Below, piece after piece: positions 26,647 through 36,222 of a stretch of 64,000 nt of DNA (positions within the stretch are counted from its first letter, which is position 1; every line of letters begins with the position of its first letter). The translations under genes and the position numbers were made by a program. The notes beneath the pieces were generated by a model that saw only the letters and a program-made list of their open reading frames with translations, was not told where the DNA came from and did no database searches. This stretch comes from a virus. Location: positions 45,877 through 109,876 of IMG/VR virus record IMGVR_UViG_3300036800_000175; one strand, 5' to 3'.

Positions 26647-27284
26647 GCTGGCACCACCTCAAGGGCACGCTCATAGGTGGCGTCCAGTTGCGCCACAGCC
26701 GCCGGCCCCTGCTGTTCGGCCATGTCCCGCAGCAGCGGCAACCCCGACGTGATCGACTCGAGGACCTCAGCCCGGGTCGCCGGCCGGCCGCGGGCGAACC
26801 ACAACGCCTCCCGCGGCTCCCCGATATCGAACAGGCGGCCACCAGCACCGTCGGACCGTTCCCCCCACGCCCGGTACCGGGTGACCCACACCAGAGCCAC
26901 ACCCGGGTTACGGCGGATCATCACCCCCGCCGGCGGCGTCGTGCCCTCCGGCATGCGCCGGTCACGGCGGACCATCTGCGGCGTGTTCAGGAACGGGCAC
27001 GCCAGCGCGGAGTACACCGCGCAGTCCCGGTGCGCCGGCGGCTCCGCGCTGACCCGGTTCACCGCGCACATCGGCCCGATCGTGAACGCCCGGTCCTCCT
27101 GCCGCAGGAACACGATCCCGCAGATCCAGCACACCCGGTGGGCGAGCGCCTGGCCGGCCGCCCCCGGCTTGACGACCCGGAAGTCGGGCTTGCCGTCGAC
27201 CCAGGCCACGAACCACGGGACGGGCCGGCCCACATGATCGCGGGGCAGGCGGGCGATCCGCCCCGGCATGTCCGGGCCCGTCAT
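26643..27284 (-). CDS. conserved phage hypothetical protein
   Basis: GRPVPWFV...PDFRVV...CWICG...IGPMC..NR.S.EPP.HRDCA...ACPFL. Confidence 0.75.
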   Translation of the reverse strand: MTGPDMPGRIARLPRDHVGRPVPWFVAWVDGKPDFRVVKPGAAGQALAHRVCWICGIVFLRQEDRAFTIGPMCAVNRVSAEPPAHRDCAVYSALACPFLNTPQMVRRDRRMPEGTTPPAGVMIRRNPGVALVWVTRYRAWGERSDGAGGRLFDIGEPREALWFARGRPATRAEVLESITSGLPLLRDMAEQQGPAAVAQLDATYERALEVVPA

Positions 27285-27658
27285 CAGGTCACCCCCGCCG
27301 CTGCGGACAGCCGGGTGATCGCGTCGCGGAGCATCGGCAGATGCCAGTGCGCCGGGTCAGGGCGGCCGCGGATCTCATCCGCCACATGGGCCAGCAGGTA
27401 CTGGATGTCTTCCCGCCGGACGATCACGTTGCTGCTCGGTGCTATTGAGGGGACGCCGCTGCCGAGCTCCGTCAGCGCGTGGCGGAACAGCCGCATCACC
27501 TCATCCACCCCGTCGCAGCAGGTCAGGACATTCAGCCCGTTGTTCCCTGTGGCTGCGATGGCGTAATGAGAGTTCTCCGCCAGCGGGATACCGGCGGCCC
27601 GGGCCAGCAGGGCGCGCACCTCACCAACGGTGACGTCTTCCCCCGGTGCTGTCGTCAT
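27284..27658 (-). CDS. hypothetical protein
   Basis: 124 aa, TGATG coupling. Confidence 0.55.
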   Translation of the reverse strand: MTTAPGEDVTVGEVRALLARAAGIPLAENSHYAIAATGNNGLNVLTCCDGVDEVMRLFRHALTELGSGVPSIAPSSNVIVRREDIQYLLAHVADEIRGRPDPAHWHLPMLRDAITRLSAAAGVT

Positions 27659-27814
27659 CAGTCGTCATCCTCCCTGTCTCCGTCCTCAGCGCAGAGCCAG
27701 CCGCCGTGGCCGGTGCTGTAGGCGGCGAGGAACCACGGGCCAAGCATCAGGCGTCACCCCTCAGGATCGTTAGGGTACCTACAGTGACCTGCCGTTCCCT
27801 GCGGACACGGCGCA

Positions 27815-28369
27815 TCAGGCTGTCCCCCGTGCCGCCGCGGTGCGGGCGGCGGCGTACAGCAGGGACGCCATCGACGCGGGCGGGATCGGGTGCACCTCGC
27901 GGAACGGCGCGGCGATGACCTGCTGCAACCGCCACCCGCCGGCCCACCGCCGGGCCGCCAGCAGTCCCCACCCCGGCGGCAGTTCCCCGTCTTTCACGAT
28001 CACCTGGTCAGGGACCGCCAGCCACCAATACGAACACCACCCCATGCAGGCCGCAGCCTTGCCGGGCGTTTTGAGCTCGCGGAGCCAGTCGGCCCGGCTG
28101 ACTTTGACCTCAACGCCGTGGATGGCGCATTTGCCGCTCGCCCAGGTGTCCACGGCGACGAAATCAGCCGTCCTGGCCGACGGGTCACCACGGTCAAAGA
28201 ATCCGCTCTTGGCGCGGACGTGCTCGGCCTTGACGTACTGGGGTTTCGGGACGCCGCCGTTGTGGCTGACGAAGCCGTACCGTTTGTGCAGCAGCTCAAG
28301 CATGTCCCGCTCCGTCAGCGGCCGTGCCGCCAGGACGGGCATGTCGGGGAAGGTGTCCGGTGCGGTCAT
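27815..28369 (-). CDS. MmcB-like PD-(D/E)xK nuclease-fold protein
   Basis: TADFVAVDTW...HGVEVKVSRADWLREL..P.K. Confidence 0.7.
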   Translation of the reverse strand: MTAPDTFPDMPVLAARPLTERDMLELLHKRYGFVSHNGGVPKPQYVKAEHVRAKSGFFDRGDPSARTADFVAVDTWASGKCAIHGVEVKVSRADWLRELKTPGKAAACMGWCSYWWLAVPDQVIVKDGELPPGWGLLAARRWAGGWRLQQVIAAPFREVHPIPPASMASLLYAAARTAAARGTA

Positions 28370-28506
28370 GTCTCTCCCCGCGCGATCTGCTGGGCGCGGG
28401 TGACCACGTCAGCGCGCATCACCGGCCCTGCACACCTGTCAGGAACGACGCCGTTTGCACGGAGGGCAGGGGGGCGGGCTCATCGGGGGGGAACCCGGTG
28501 GTTTCG

Positions 28507-28917
28507 TCAGGCATCGTGCGCGGTCCTTCCGGTTGGGGGGGTTACGCGGCTTCGCGGCGGACGCCAAGGGCCGCGGTAGGCGCACCCGGAGGTGCAGGTT
28601 TCCCTGACGACGACCTGTGTCAGCGGCAGCGAGCCGGTGAGCCGGTCCCAGATCCAGCGGGTCAGGTTTTCGCTGGTCGGGTTGGCCAGGCCAGGTATCT
28701 CGTTGAGGTAGTGGTGATCCAGTTGGGTGTGCAGCGGCGCGAACGCGTCCTTGAGATCCCCGAAATCCATCACCCAGCCCGTGTCCGGTCCGACGGGACC
28801 GCTGACGTGGATCTCCACCCGGTAGGAGTGGCCGTGCAGCCGGGCGCACTTGTGCCCGTCGGGAACATGAGGCAGCCTGTGAGCTGCCTCAAAGGTGAAC
28901 TCGCGGGAGATGTCCAT
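28507..28917 (-). CDS. queD: 6-carboxy-5,6,7,8-tetrahydropterin synthase
   Basis: FEAAHRL...[10 protein letters not shown]...MDFGDLK...LDHHYLN...NPTSEN...RET. Confidence 0.95.
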   Translation of the reverse strand: MDISREFTFEAAHRLPHVPDGHKCARLHGHSYRVEIHVSGPVGPDTGWVMDFGDLKDAFAPLHTQLDHHYLNEIPGLANPTSENLTRWIWDRLTGSLPLTQVVVRETCTSGCAYRGPWRPPRSRVTPPTGRTAHDA

Positions 28918-29559
28918 TTACGGGATCCCCAGGTATTTGTGGGTTTGCAGGCTGAGCCGCCACGCGGGGTGCGCGAGGCAGTATTCGACGGCGAGGCGGG
29001 TGTTTTTCTCCCTGTCCGGCCCGTCCATCGGTTGCAGCAGCAGCCGCGGGAACCCGAGATCCTCAAAGACGGCGGGGTCAAGGTCGTCTTGCGGATAGAC
29101 AAGTTTCAGTTCGTCGCCGCGGGTGAGCCGCAGCGTGGTGCCGCGTTTGGGGCTGACACAGATCCAGTCCAGACCGGGCGGCGGGTCCTGGGTTCCGTTC
29201 GTTTCAACAGCGACCTCAAACCCGGCGGTCTGCATCGCGCGGACTGCGGCCTGGTCTAGTTGCAGGAGCGGTTCCCCGCCGGTGCACACCACGAACGGCT
29301 GCACCCGCTCACCCCTCGCCCCGTCCCACGCGGCCGACACCGCGGCAGCCAACTCGAGCGCGGTGGTGAACCGGCCGCCGCCGGGGCCGTCGGTGCCGAC
29401 GAAGTCGGTGTCGCAGAACTGGCAGATCGCACGGTGCCGGTCCCGTTCCCTGCCGGTCCACAGGTTGCAGCTGGTGAACCGGCAGAACACAGCTGGCCGG
29501 CCCGCATGGGTGCCTTCGCCTTGGAGGGTGTAGAAGATCTCTTTCACCCGGTACGTCAC
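28918..29559 (-). CDS. queE: 7-carboxy-7-deazaguanine synthase (radical SAM)
   Basis: [14 protein letters not shown]...[30 protein letters not shown]. Confidence 0.95.
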   Translation of the reverse strand: MTYRVKEIFYTLQGEGTHAGRPAVFCRFTSCNLWTGRERDRHRAICQFCDTDFVGTDGPGGGRFTTALELAAAVSAAWDGARGERVQPFVVCTGGEPLLQLDQAAVRAMQTAGFEVAVETNGTQDPPPGLDWICVSPKRGTTLRLTRGDELKLVYPQDDLDPAVFEDLGFPRLLLQPMDGPDREKNTRLAVEYCLAHPAWRLSLQTHKYLGIP

Positions 29560-30245
29560 CGCCGGTCACCCGCCAGTGCCGGGTCAGGGATGCCGAGTTC
29601 GGTGAACGCCGCAGCGCGCACACTGCACGCGCCGCACGCACCGCACGGGCCGCCGGGTGCGGGGTTGTAGCAGCTGAGGGTCGGCGTGTAGTCCACGCCC
29701 AGCCTGAGACCGTGCCGGATAATCGCCGCTTTGGTCATGCGGATCAGTGGGGCCCGGATCTGGACGGGGCCGGCGCTGGTCGCCAAGCCGGCCATCTGCT
29801 GGAACGCGGCCAGGTATCCGGGCCGGCAATCCGGGTATCCGTCGTGGTCGCCGGCGTTGACACCGATGAAGATGTCCCGTGCTCCGATGGTTTCGGCCCA
29901 GGCCAGCGCGAGGGACAGGAACACCGTGTTGCGAGCTGGCACGTACGTCGCGTCGATACTGGCGGCCGGCCCGGCGGGCACGTCGGCGGCCGGGTCGGTG
30001 AGCGCGGATCCGCCGAACACGCTGACATCCACATCCAGGATGAGGTGCCGCACGACGCCCTGCGCGGCGGCGACCCGGCCCGCAGCGGCGAGCTCAGCTG
30101 CGTGCCGCTGGCCGTAACGGAAACTCAGCGCATACGGGGCGAAACCTTCGCTGCGGGCGACCGCCAGGACGGTCGCTGAGTCGATGCCGCCGCTGAGCAG
30201 CACCACAGCTCCCCGGATGGCTGAACGCGGCGGGGCAGTGATCAT
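29556..30245 (-). CDS. queC: 7-cyano-7-deazaguanine synthase
   Basis: [28 protein letters not shown]...CGACGAC..R. Confidence 0.95.
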   Translation of the reverse strand: MITAPPRSAIRGAVVLLSGGIDSATVLAVARSEGFAPYALSFRYGQRHAAELAAAGRVAAAQGVVRHLILDVDVSVFGGSALTDPAADVPAGPAASIDATYVPARNTVFLSLALAWAETIGARDIFIGVNAGDHDGYPDCRPGYLAAFQQMAGLATSAGPVQIRAPLIRMTKAAIIRHGLRLGVDYTPTLSCYNPAPGGPCGACGACSVRAAAFTELGIPDPALAGDRR

Positions 30246-31009
30246 GACGCCTCATCCCATAGGAAGCCCTGGTCGCGGGCGGCGAGTTGCTGCCGGGCCA
30301 TGACCTCGTTGAGGCACGGCGGGGCCTGATGGCGCTCGATGCGCTCAGTGAGCACGTCGGCCCGGGTTTCGTTGGTGGCGGGCATGTAGACCCCGCTCGC
30401 CCAGTTCCCGTCGATGCCGATGTTGCGCGCCACGTTCGTTGAGTCAGCCGACGCCATCGGCACGGCGGCGACGATGCGGTGGCTCAGCATGCGCAAGCCG
30501 TGGAGTTTGGTGACCGGCTGCCCGTTCCGGCAGATCGCGGGCAGCACCTTCGGGTCATAGAGGCGTCCAAGGCACTTCGACGGTGCCGACACGTCCCACT
30601 CGGCGGCAGAGCCGAGCGCCACCCGCGGCCACTCACCAGCCAGCCGTACCAGGCGCTCAGGTGATTCGTTCAGGTGCCACACAGGGACGCCGCGGTGGCC
30701 GAACGGCCACGCGGTGAGCAGTTCGTCGTTCTCATCCTCAGTGCCGCCGATGACGTCGGGGATGATGGCCCAGTCACACGCCGGGTGAGCGAGCCACTTA
30801 TCGCACCACCTGTAATACGCCTGCCAGTCCACCGCCTTCCCCTGCTTCCAGAGCGTGAACGCGCCGCAGTCGAGCGCGAACGTCTGGCAGATCGCGGCGG
30901 CCAGTTCGAGTTGGCGCGGCTCAGCGAACGATATGAAGGCGTGCCGGCCACGCCATACCCGGTAGGCACATGTTTCGGGCGTGATCGGGCCGCCGTGGTA
31001 GTGGATCAC
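30242..31009 (-). CDS. TGT-fold protein, candidate DpdA-like 7-deazaguanine DNA transglycosylase
   Basis: ALDCGAF, IPDVIG, KLHGL, SADST motifs recall TGT/DpdA catalytic motifs; coupled to queC. Confidence 0.55.
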   Translation of the reverse strand: MIHYHGGPITPETCAYRVWRGRHAFISFAEPRQLELAAAICQTFALDCGAFTLWKQGKAVDWQAYYRWCDKWLAHPACDWAIIPDVIGGTEDENDELLTAWPFGHRGVPVWHLNESPERLVRLAGEWPRVALGSAAEWDVSAPSKCLGRLYDPKVLPAICRNGQPVTKLHGLRMLSHRIVAAVPMASADSTNVARNIGIDGNWASGVYMPATNETRADVLTERIERHQAPPCLNEVMARQQLAARDQGFLWDEAS

Positions 31010-31635
31010 TACGCTGCCGCCTCACGGCGGACGCCGCACGGCCGGGCTTTCGGGTCGTCCATGTCGATGCCGTCCCACGCGGCGGGAGGCGCGTGACCGT
31101 GCTGGCGGGCTTTCCCCGCAGTGTGATTAGACGGGCCGGGGTGGTTGGCCAGTTCGTCGTAGACGGTGAGTACCCGGGTGGCCATCCGCACCGATACCCG
31201 ATCCACGTAGATCCGCGCCAGCAGCGACCGGGATGAGTAGCCGGCGCGTTCCGCGATCACTGCGCCGGGCCAGCCCATCCGCATGAGGGCCTGCACCCGG
31301 CGCCTGGTCCCGGTCGACGGGACGCCACGCCGGGACTCACCGGCCGGGCGGAGCGGGACCGCCAGGATCGCTTGCTCATTCCGCGCCCGGATCCGCTTGA
31401 CCCTGCCGGTGTACAGGTAGTACAGGTTCGCGGTGCCGGTGACGGCCTCAGCGGCGATCTGATCCCACGTCCACCCGTACACCTCACGCAGCTGCCGCAG
31501 GTGCTCACGGGCCAGCCCGCCACCACGGAGCCCACCCCGGCCCGTGTGCAGCCGGTAGCGGTAGTCAGGCCCGCAGAACCCGTCGGTCTCGCGTGGCCCT
31601 TTGCAGCCGGGCCGGGCGCACGTCGGGGCGGTCAC
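31009..31635 (-). CDS. actinophage HTH DNA-binding protein
   Basis: GWTWDQIA; GTRRRVQALMRMGW; APPAAWD.IDMDDP. Confidence 0.7.
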   Translation of the reverse strand: MTAPTCARPGCKGPRETDGFCGPDYRYRLHTGRGGLRGGGLAREHLRQLREVYGWTWDQIAAEAVTGTANLYYLYTGRVKRIRARNEQAILAVPLRPAGESRRGVPSTGTRRRVQALMRMGWPGAVIAERAGYSSRSLLARIYVDRVSVRMATRVLTVYDELANHPGPSNHTAGKARQHGHAPPAAWDGIDMDDPKARPCGVRREAAA

Positions 31636-32102
31636 GCGGCACCGGCCAGTGTGTTCGCGTCCTGTCCGGCGGCCTGGTCGCGGTCGGTGAGTTCCTGGCA
31701 CTGCCACAGCACCCGAACCTCACCGCCGGCCAGGTCGGCCAGTTCCGCGGCCGCCTCATTGCGCCACTCCCAGCCGACGTCATCCCAGTCAGGCGCGATC
31801 AGCTCATACGCCTCAGCGGCCTGCCGTGACAGTTCCTGGCAACGCGGGCAGTACCCGCCAGTGCTTATGTTGCGGGTCCGGCGGCACCGGACACCCATCC
31901 CGCCCCGGCAACGGCCCTTGACCGGCACCAGCGCCTCAGCTAGCACCCCGACCAGCGGGTGCAGGTCGGTGTCGCCGGTGTGACGCAACGGCGGCGCCGG
32001 CCGCGGCGCGGCGGGTTCCACGCCACACTGATCCGCGATCACATCCAGCAGATCACGGAACAGGTCATCAAGCGACGCCGGGGCCTCACCGCCGGTGGTC
32101 AT
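31632..32102 (-). CDS. hypothetical protein
   Basis: CPRC motif, coupled. Confidence 0.5.
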   Translation of the reverse strand: MTTGGEAPASLDDLFRDLLDVIADQCGVEPAAPRPAPPLRHTGDTDLHPLVGVLAEALVPVKGRCRGGMGVRCRRTRNISTGGYCPRCQELSRQAAEAYELIAPDWDDVGWEWRNEAAAELADLAGGEVRVLWQCQELTDRDQAAGQDANTLAGAA

Positions 32103-32275
32103 GCTGCGGGCTCCCGCCTGGTAGGGCCCGGGCGGTCGGTGATGGTGACGATGCGCCTGCCAGTCCAGCGCTGCCGGCTGGTCGTGATCAGCGGTGCGCA
32201 AGCGTGAGGCTCATACTCGCCGCACGTCTCGCAGATACGCCGGGGGCGGGGCGCGCCGCCCGGGGTGGCAGTCAT
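32099..32275 (-). CDS. 58-aa Zn-ribbon peptide (not in ORF track)
   Basis: MTATPGGAPRPRRICETCGEYEPHAC...; ATGA coupling both ends. Confidence 0.45.
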   Translation of the reverse strand: MTATPGGAPRPRRICETCGEYEPHACAPLITTSRQRWTGRRIVTITDRPGPTRREPAA

Positions 32276-32625
32276 GCTGCGGGCTCCCGCTTCGCGGGCT
32301 GCGGCGTGGATGGTGTCACCCGCGGCCCGGCGATCTTGGCCTCAGCCACCCGGGCGTGAGCGTCGGCGCGGATCTTCGCCGCCGCCTCAAAACCGAGCGG
32401 GTCGGCCTTGCGTACGGTCGGGTCGTTGCACGCCTCGATCAGCTCGCGGGGGTGGGCGTCCTCACGGCCGAGTAGCCGCGACGCGTGGCCGTAGAACTGC
32501 GGCCAGTCCCAGGCCGCGCGGACCTGCGGGTTGGCTGCTGCGCCTTCGAGGGCGCGGGCCCAGTCGGGGCCGCGCATGACGGCGGCGAGGTCGATCAGTT
32601 CACGGTAGGCAGGGTTGATCGTCAT
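32272..32625 (-). CDS. hypothetical protein downstream of initiator (helicase-loader slot)
   Basis: MTINPAYRELID start; ATGA coupling. Confidence 0.55.
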   Translation of the reverse strand: MTINPAYRELIDLAAVMRGPDWARALEGAAANPQVRAAWDWPQFYGHASRLLGREDAHPRELIEACNDPTVRKADPLGFEAAAKIRADAHARVAEAKIAGPRVTPSTPQPAKREPAA

Positions 32626-33638
32626 GAGACTGCGGCTTTCTGGTCGTTCAGGGGGTGGCAGTTCGGGCAGCGCTTGGGGGTGTCGGGCTCTCCGACCCAT
32701 CTGTGTTCCGTGCTGGTGCACTCGCCGCACCACGGCGGCCAGGACCCACGGCCGGGTGGCGCGGCCTGCTGGGCCGCGGCGAGATCCCACCAGTCCCCGT
32801 CGTGCTCGAGGCGGCCGGGTTGCTTGGAATCGCGGCGACGGGCGACGTCGATCATGGCGGGGCGGGCCAGTGCCCAGCCGCGTTCGATGACGGCGGGCCG
32901 GGTTAGGGCGCGGCGGATGGATGAGGTAGGCCAGGCGGGGCGGATCTCCCGGACTTCCGCGATGAGGGCGTCAATGTCGGCGGGGTTGATCCCTTGGAAA
33001 ATTTCCCCCTCCCCCTCCGTTTGGACAGCGGCCATCAGGGGCGGCTGCTTCCATGCCGGCGGGGGGGTAGGGGGGGTTATCTTCTTGTCTTCTCTTCTAT
33101 GGGCGCGACTGTCGCGCGACTTTCCGGCCTGGTTATCCACAACTTGCAGGTCAGGGGGTGGCTGTGGAAAACCCGGCGACCCCAGTTCGGCGGTGTCGCC
33201 GCTACTAGTCGCGGAGGGTGTCGCGCCACTAGTCGCGCGACCTGTAGCGCGACTGTCGCGCGACACTTGAACGTCCCGGGCGTCACGGGCGGCCCGCTCA
33301 GATGCCCGTTTCGCCGCCATCCGTTCCCGGTCGGCCCTGCGTTTCCGCTCAGCCGCGTCGCTCAGGTTCCGTTCCTCATTCCAGATGTCCGGATTGAGCA
33401 GGTAACCCCGGTCTTCCTCAAGCCAGATCTCTTCGCTGACCAGAGCTTTGACCCGCCTGTCCAGGTCCGGGCCCGCGAACCGCGGCACCTGCGTGCGCGG
33501 GATGAAGCCCTGAGACTCTGCGCTGGTCAGGTAGCACATGCTCTCGATCAGCAGCCACCCGGCGCCGGGTGCGCTGTGCTCCGCAGCCTGGACGCATGGC
33601 TGGTCCGGAAGCGACGCGTAGAGGCGGCACCATTCCAT
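32622..33638 (-). CDS. phage replication initiator-like protein
   Basis: MEWCRLY N-terminus, RRADRERMAAKR segment, low-complexity repeat-coded linker, C-terminal CGEC...CPNCHP. Confidence 0.65.
   Translation of the reverse strand: MEWCRLYASLPDQPCVQAAEHSAPGAGWLLIESMCYLTSAESQGFIPRTQVPRFAGPDLDRRVKALVSEEIWLEEDRGYLLNPDIWNEERNLSDAAERKRRADRERMAAKRASERAARDARDVQVSRDSRATGRATSGATPSATSSGDTAELGSPGFPQPPPDLQVVDNQAGKSRDSRAHRREDKKITPPTPPPAWKQPPLMAAVQTEGEGEIFQGINPADIDALIAEVREIRPAWPTSSIRRALTRPAVIERGWALARPAMIDVARRRDSKQPGRLEHDGDWWDLAAAQQAAPPGRGSWPPWCGECTSTEHRWVGEPDTPKRCPNCHPLNDQKAAVS
33077..33266. repeat. iteron-like GTCGCGCGAC palindromes with adjacent AT-rich tract (candidate lytic origin)
   Basis: GTCGCGCGAC at 33111, 33232, 33255; 18-mer direct repeat at 33103 and 33247; degenerate copies between. 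Confidence 0.6.
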
Positions 33639-33746
33639 GCAGTCACCTCCCCCGCTTCTTGTTCAGATAGGGCGCCTCATGCAGGCGCGCTTGCTTCCGC
33701 TTCAACAGCACCATGTGCGCGAGCGTCGCGGCGGTGTCCGTCCCGT

Positions 33747-35315
33747 TCATGCGGCGGCCCCGCGGCTGCTGAGCTCCGGCATGGCCAGCCCGCTCGCCAT
33801 CGCCACCACATGCGCGGCCAGCAACGGCGGCACAGCGTTGCCGACCTGCTCAAACTGCTTCGTCCGCGTGCCCTGCCACGGGTAATCCGGCCTGAACGAT
33901 TGGAGTACCGCGGCTTCCTGGACGGTGATCCGCACAGAGTCTTGGGCGGCCGAGACGGCGTCCTTGGTCACCCACTGGCACCGGGTGTTGGCGGTGATGC
34001 TCACTGCCGGCCCGCTGCGCAGGATCCAGTCCTTGGCCTTCGTGGTCACGGCGTGCGCGGGGCGGGTTGCCGGGTCCATCTCATGAGTGCCATGGGTGCC
34101 GCTGCCCGTGGCTTTCGGCCCGGTCCACGGCTTGCCGAACGAGGTGCGCAGCACCCACCGGCCGCTGTCGCGCTCAGCCTCGAGCAACTCGCGGCCGCGG
34201 GTCGGGAACGGCTCAGCGCCGCCCGTGGACGTCCCCCCGGCGGTCACAGCGGGCCCGGGGCGGCTGGTCGCACCCCAGCCGAGGGCGTCGGCCATCGACA
34301 CCCACAGGGCGCCCCACAGCTGCATGCCTTTGCGGGGGTCGTAGTGGGTCGGTTCGGGCCGGTACACCTTCCGGACGCGGGAGGCGACCAGGATGGCCCG
34401 TTCCCGGGTTTGGGGCACGCCGTAGTCCGCGGCGTTGAGTTTCCCGCACCAGACCGAGTAGCCGCGGGCCCGGAGTTCCCCCGCGTAGACCCGCCACAGC
34501 GGGAGGACTGCGGGGACCTGCTCAAGCGCGACCCATTCGGGCTGGCCGGCGTGGATGTACCGGGCCGGCTCGATCACCAGCGATGCCGACCGGACGGCAG
34601 CCCAGATCTTCGCGGAGCGCTGAGCCCGGGTCGGATGCGCGCTGCTGCCGGCCGACGCGGCCATGTCGCGCCGCAGCCTGGCCGGTGAGCCCCTGCGGGC
34701 CAGCAGCTGGCGTTTCCATCCCGCCTGGTTGTCACGGCGCCAGATGTGCGCCATCAGGTCGGGCTTGCAGGCCAGCGGATGGGGCGCCGGGCGGTCGGCA
34801 CCCCACTTCGACACCCGCAGCGCGTGGGCCATCTCCCGGCGCCGCAGGGCGCGTGTCGTGCGCCCGGCCATGGCGTCGCGGATCCCTGCGGCGAGGATCG
34901 CCGTGACGACGTTCCCCGCCTGGTCGCCGGCCGCGCTGAACGTCGTGCAGGGCGGGGAGTGGACCTGGCCGCGAGTCTTCCCGGCCAGCCGCTCGAGGGG
35001 GAACGTGGCGACGTCCGCGCGGATCGTCGCGTGGCCGGCTGCGCGGCGTGTGGCGCAGGCCGCGGCGTCCAGTTCGATGCCGAGTTCGGGGAGGCCGAGC
35101 ATCCGCAGCCCCTCCGCCCAGCCGCCCGGCCCCGCGCAAGTCCCCAGCGCCTCGATCAGGCCGGGGGTAGCGCCCGGAGGGGCGGCGGGGGACACCTCCG
35201 CCCCTCCGGGCCCGGCCGCGCTCCCCGGGGGAGAGTGGGGATCACGCGCGGCCGGCCCAGCCGCTGCCCGGGTAGTGTCAGCAGCGGCGGCCTGGTGGGT
35301 CTCAACAGCGGTCAT
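33747..35315 (-). CDS. C5 DNA cytosine methyltransferase
   Basis: CAGPGG, SPPCTTFS, LEQVP, YGVPQTRER, LQSF, QVGNAVPP. Confidence 0.9.
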   Translation of the reverse strand: MTAVETHQAAAADTTRAAAGPAARDPHSPPGSAAGPGGAEVSPAAPPGATPGLIEALGTCAGPGGWAEGLRMLGLPELGIELDAAACATRRAAGHATIRADVATFPLERLAGKTRGQVHSPPCTTFSAAGDQAGNVVTAILAAGIRDAMAGRTTRALRRREMAHALRVSKWGADRPAPHPLACKPDLMAHIWRRDNQAGWKRQLLARRGSPARLRRDMAASAGSSAHPTRAQRSAKIWAAVRSASLVIEPARYIHAGQPEWVALEQVPAVLPLWRVYAGELRARGYSVWCGKLNAADYGVPQTRERAILVASRVRKVYRPEPTHYDPRKGMQLWGALWVSMADALGWGATSRPGPAVTAGGTSTGGAEPFPTRGRELLEAERDSGRWVLRTSFGKPWTGPKATGSGTHGTHEMDPATRPAHAVTTKAKDWILRSGPAVSITANTRCQWVTKDAVSAAQDSVRITVQEAAVLQSFRPDYPWQGTRTKQFEQVGNAVPPLLAAHVVAMASGLAMPELSSRGAAA

Positions 35316-35318
35316 CGG

Positions 35319-35822
35319 TCACACGCCGGCCGGGTCATAGGGGGTCAGCGGCATGTCGGCGGGCACGTACAGGGGATGCCACGGCTGGCCGATGCAGGTG
35401 ACGCCAAGACAGAGCAGGGAGACGCCGGCGTCGGCCAGCATCGCGGTGACCTGCTGCGCGCGGCTGCGGCGGATCCCGTGGTTGCCCCACGCGGCGACGA
35501 CCCGCACCCCGGGCTGGCAGTGGGCGCGGATGTAGTCATCGTTGCCGGGCCCGACCGGGTCGGGGTGGCGGGACAGCTCGCGCGGGTTGGTGGCACGGAG
35601 AGCGAACAGGTTGACCACGATCAGCTTGGACGCCCGTTCACGGTCCGCGAAGCCTATGCATCTGCGGGCGGTCGGGTCATTGATGTACCGGCTGGCGGTT
35701 GAGGGGTTCAGCATGATCATCACGAGTGCCGGCCCGTGGCCGGCCAGTTCCCGGGTGAGCTCATAGCGGTACTCGCCGGTGTCGGCCGGGTCATCGAGGG
35801 GGAACAGTGGCTCAGCGGTCAC
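35319..35822 (-). CDS. DUF1643 family protein
   Basis: YRYEL.R, IMLNPSTA...DPT, VNLFALRATNP, AAWG, P.HPLY. Confidence 0.9.
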   Translation of the reverse strand: MTAEPLFPLDDPADTGEYRYELTRELAGHGPALVMIMLNPSTASRYINDPTARRCIGFADRERASKLIVVNLFALRATNPRELSRHPDPVGPGNDDYIRAHCQPGVRVVAAWGNHGIRRSRAQQVTAMLADAGVSLLCLGVTCIGQPWHPLYVPADMPLTPYDPAGV

Positions 35823-36031
35823 CTGGCCGCCGCCTGACTGGCGGCCTCGGTGGCGCGCAGGTCGGCGTATGCGCCGGCGATCGCCTCGAGGCAGGGCCCG
35901 GACGTGGACCAGGCTTTGCCCTGCACGCCGGCGTCTTCGGTACCGAACACCATCGTCCAGCCGCCACGCGGCCCGTCTGTGACGTCGACCTCATCCGCGA
36001 CCGCGGCCGGGATCCGGGGAGCCGCGGTCAT
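35819..36031 (-). CDS. hypothetical protein
   Basis: Coupled in operon. Confidence 0.5.
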   Translation of the reverse strand: MTAAPRIPAAVADEVDVTDGPRGGWTMVFGTEDAGVQGKAWSTSGPCLEAIAGAYADLRATEAASQAAAR

Positions 36032-36222
36032 GGCTGGGTCTCCCACCACGCGTCAGACTCGGCCAGGTCGGCTTCGGTGATGCCCAGGCGCTCGGCCATG
36101 CTGGGCTCATCCTCAGCGGGAACCTCGATCACGCTGGCCCTGCGCGCGTCGTCGCACATCAGGACGCCGCTAAAGCAAGCCTCGGTGAGGCACTCAGAGC
36201 ACACGAGGTGTTTACCTGTCAT
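36028..36222 (-). CDS. small hypothetical protein
   Basis: MTGKHLVCSECLTEAC; ATGA coupling. Confidence 0.5.
   Translation of the reverse strand: MTGKHLVCSECLTEACFSGVLMCDDARRASVIEVPAEDEPSMAERLGITEADLAESDAWWETQP

Noticed and set aside
29556-30245. QueC as part of a QatABCD or CBASS type IV defence system
   Set aside because: Canonical biosynthetic QueC with queE and queD; no Qat or CD-NTase partners
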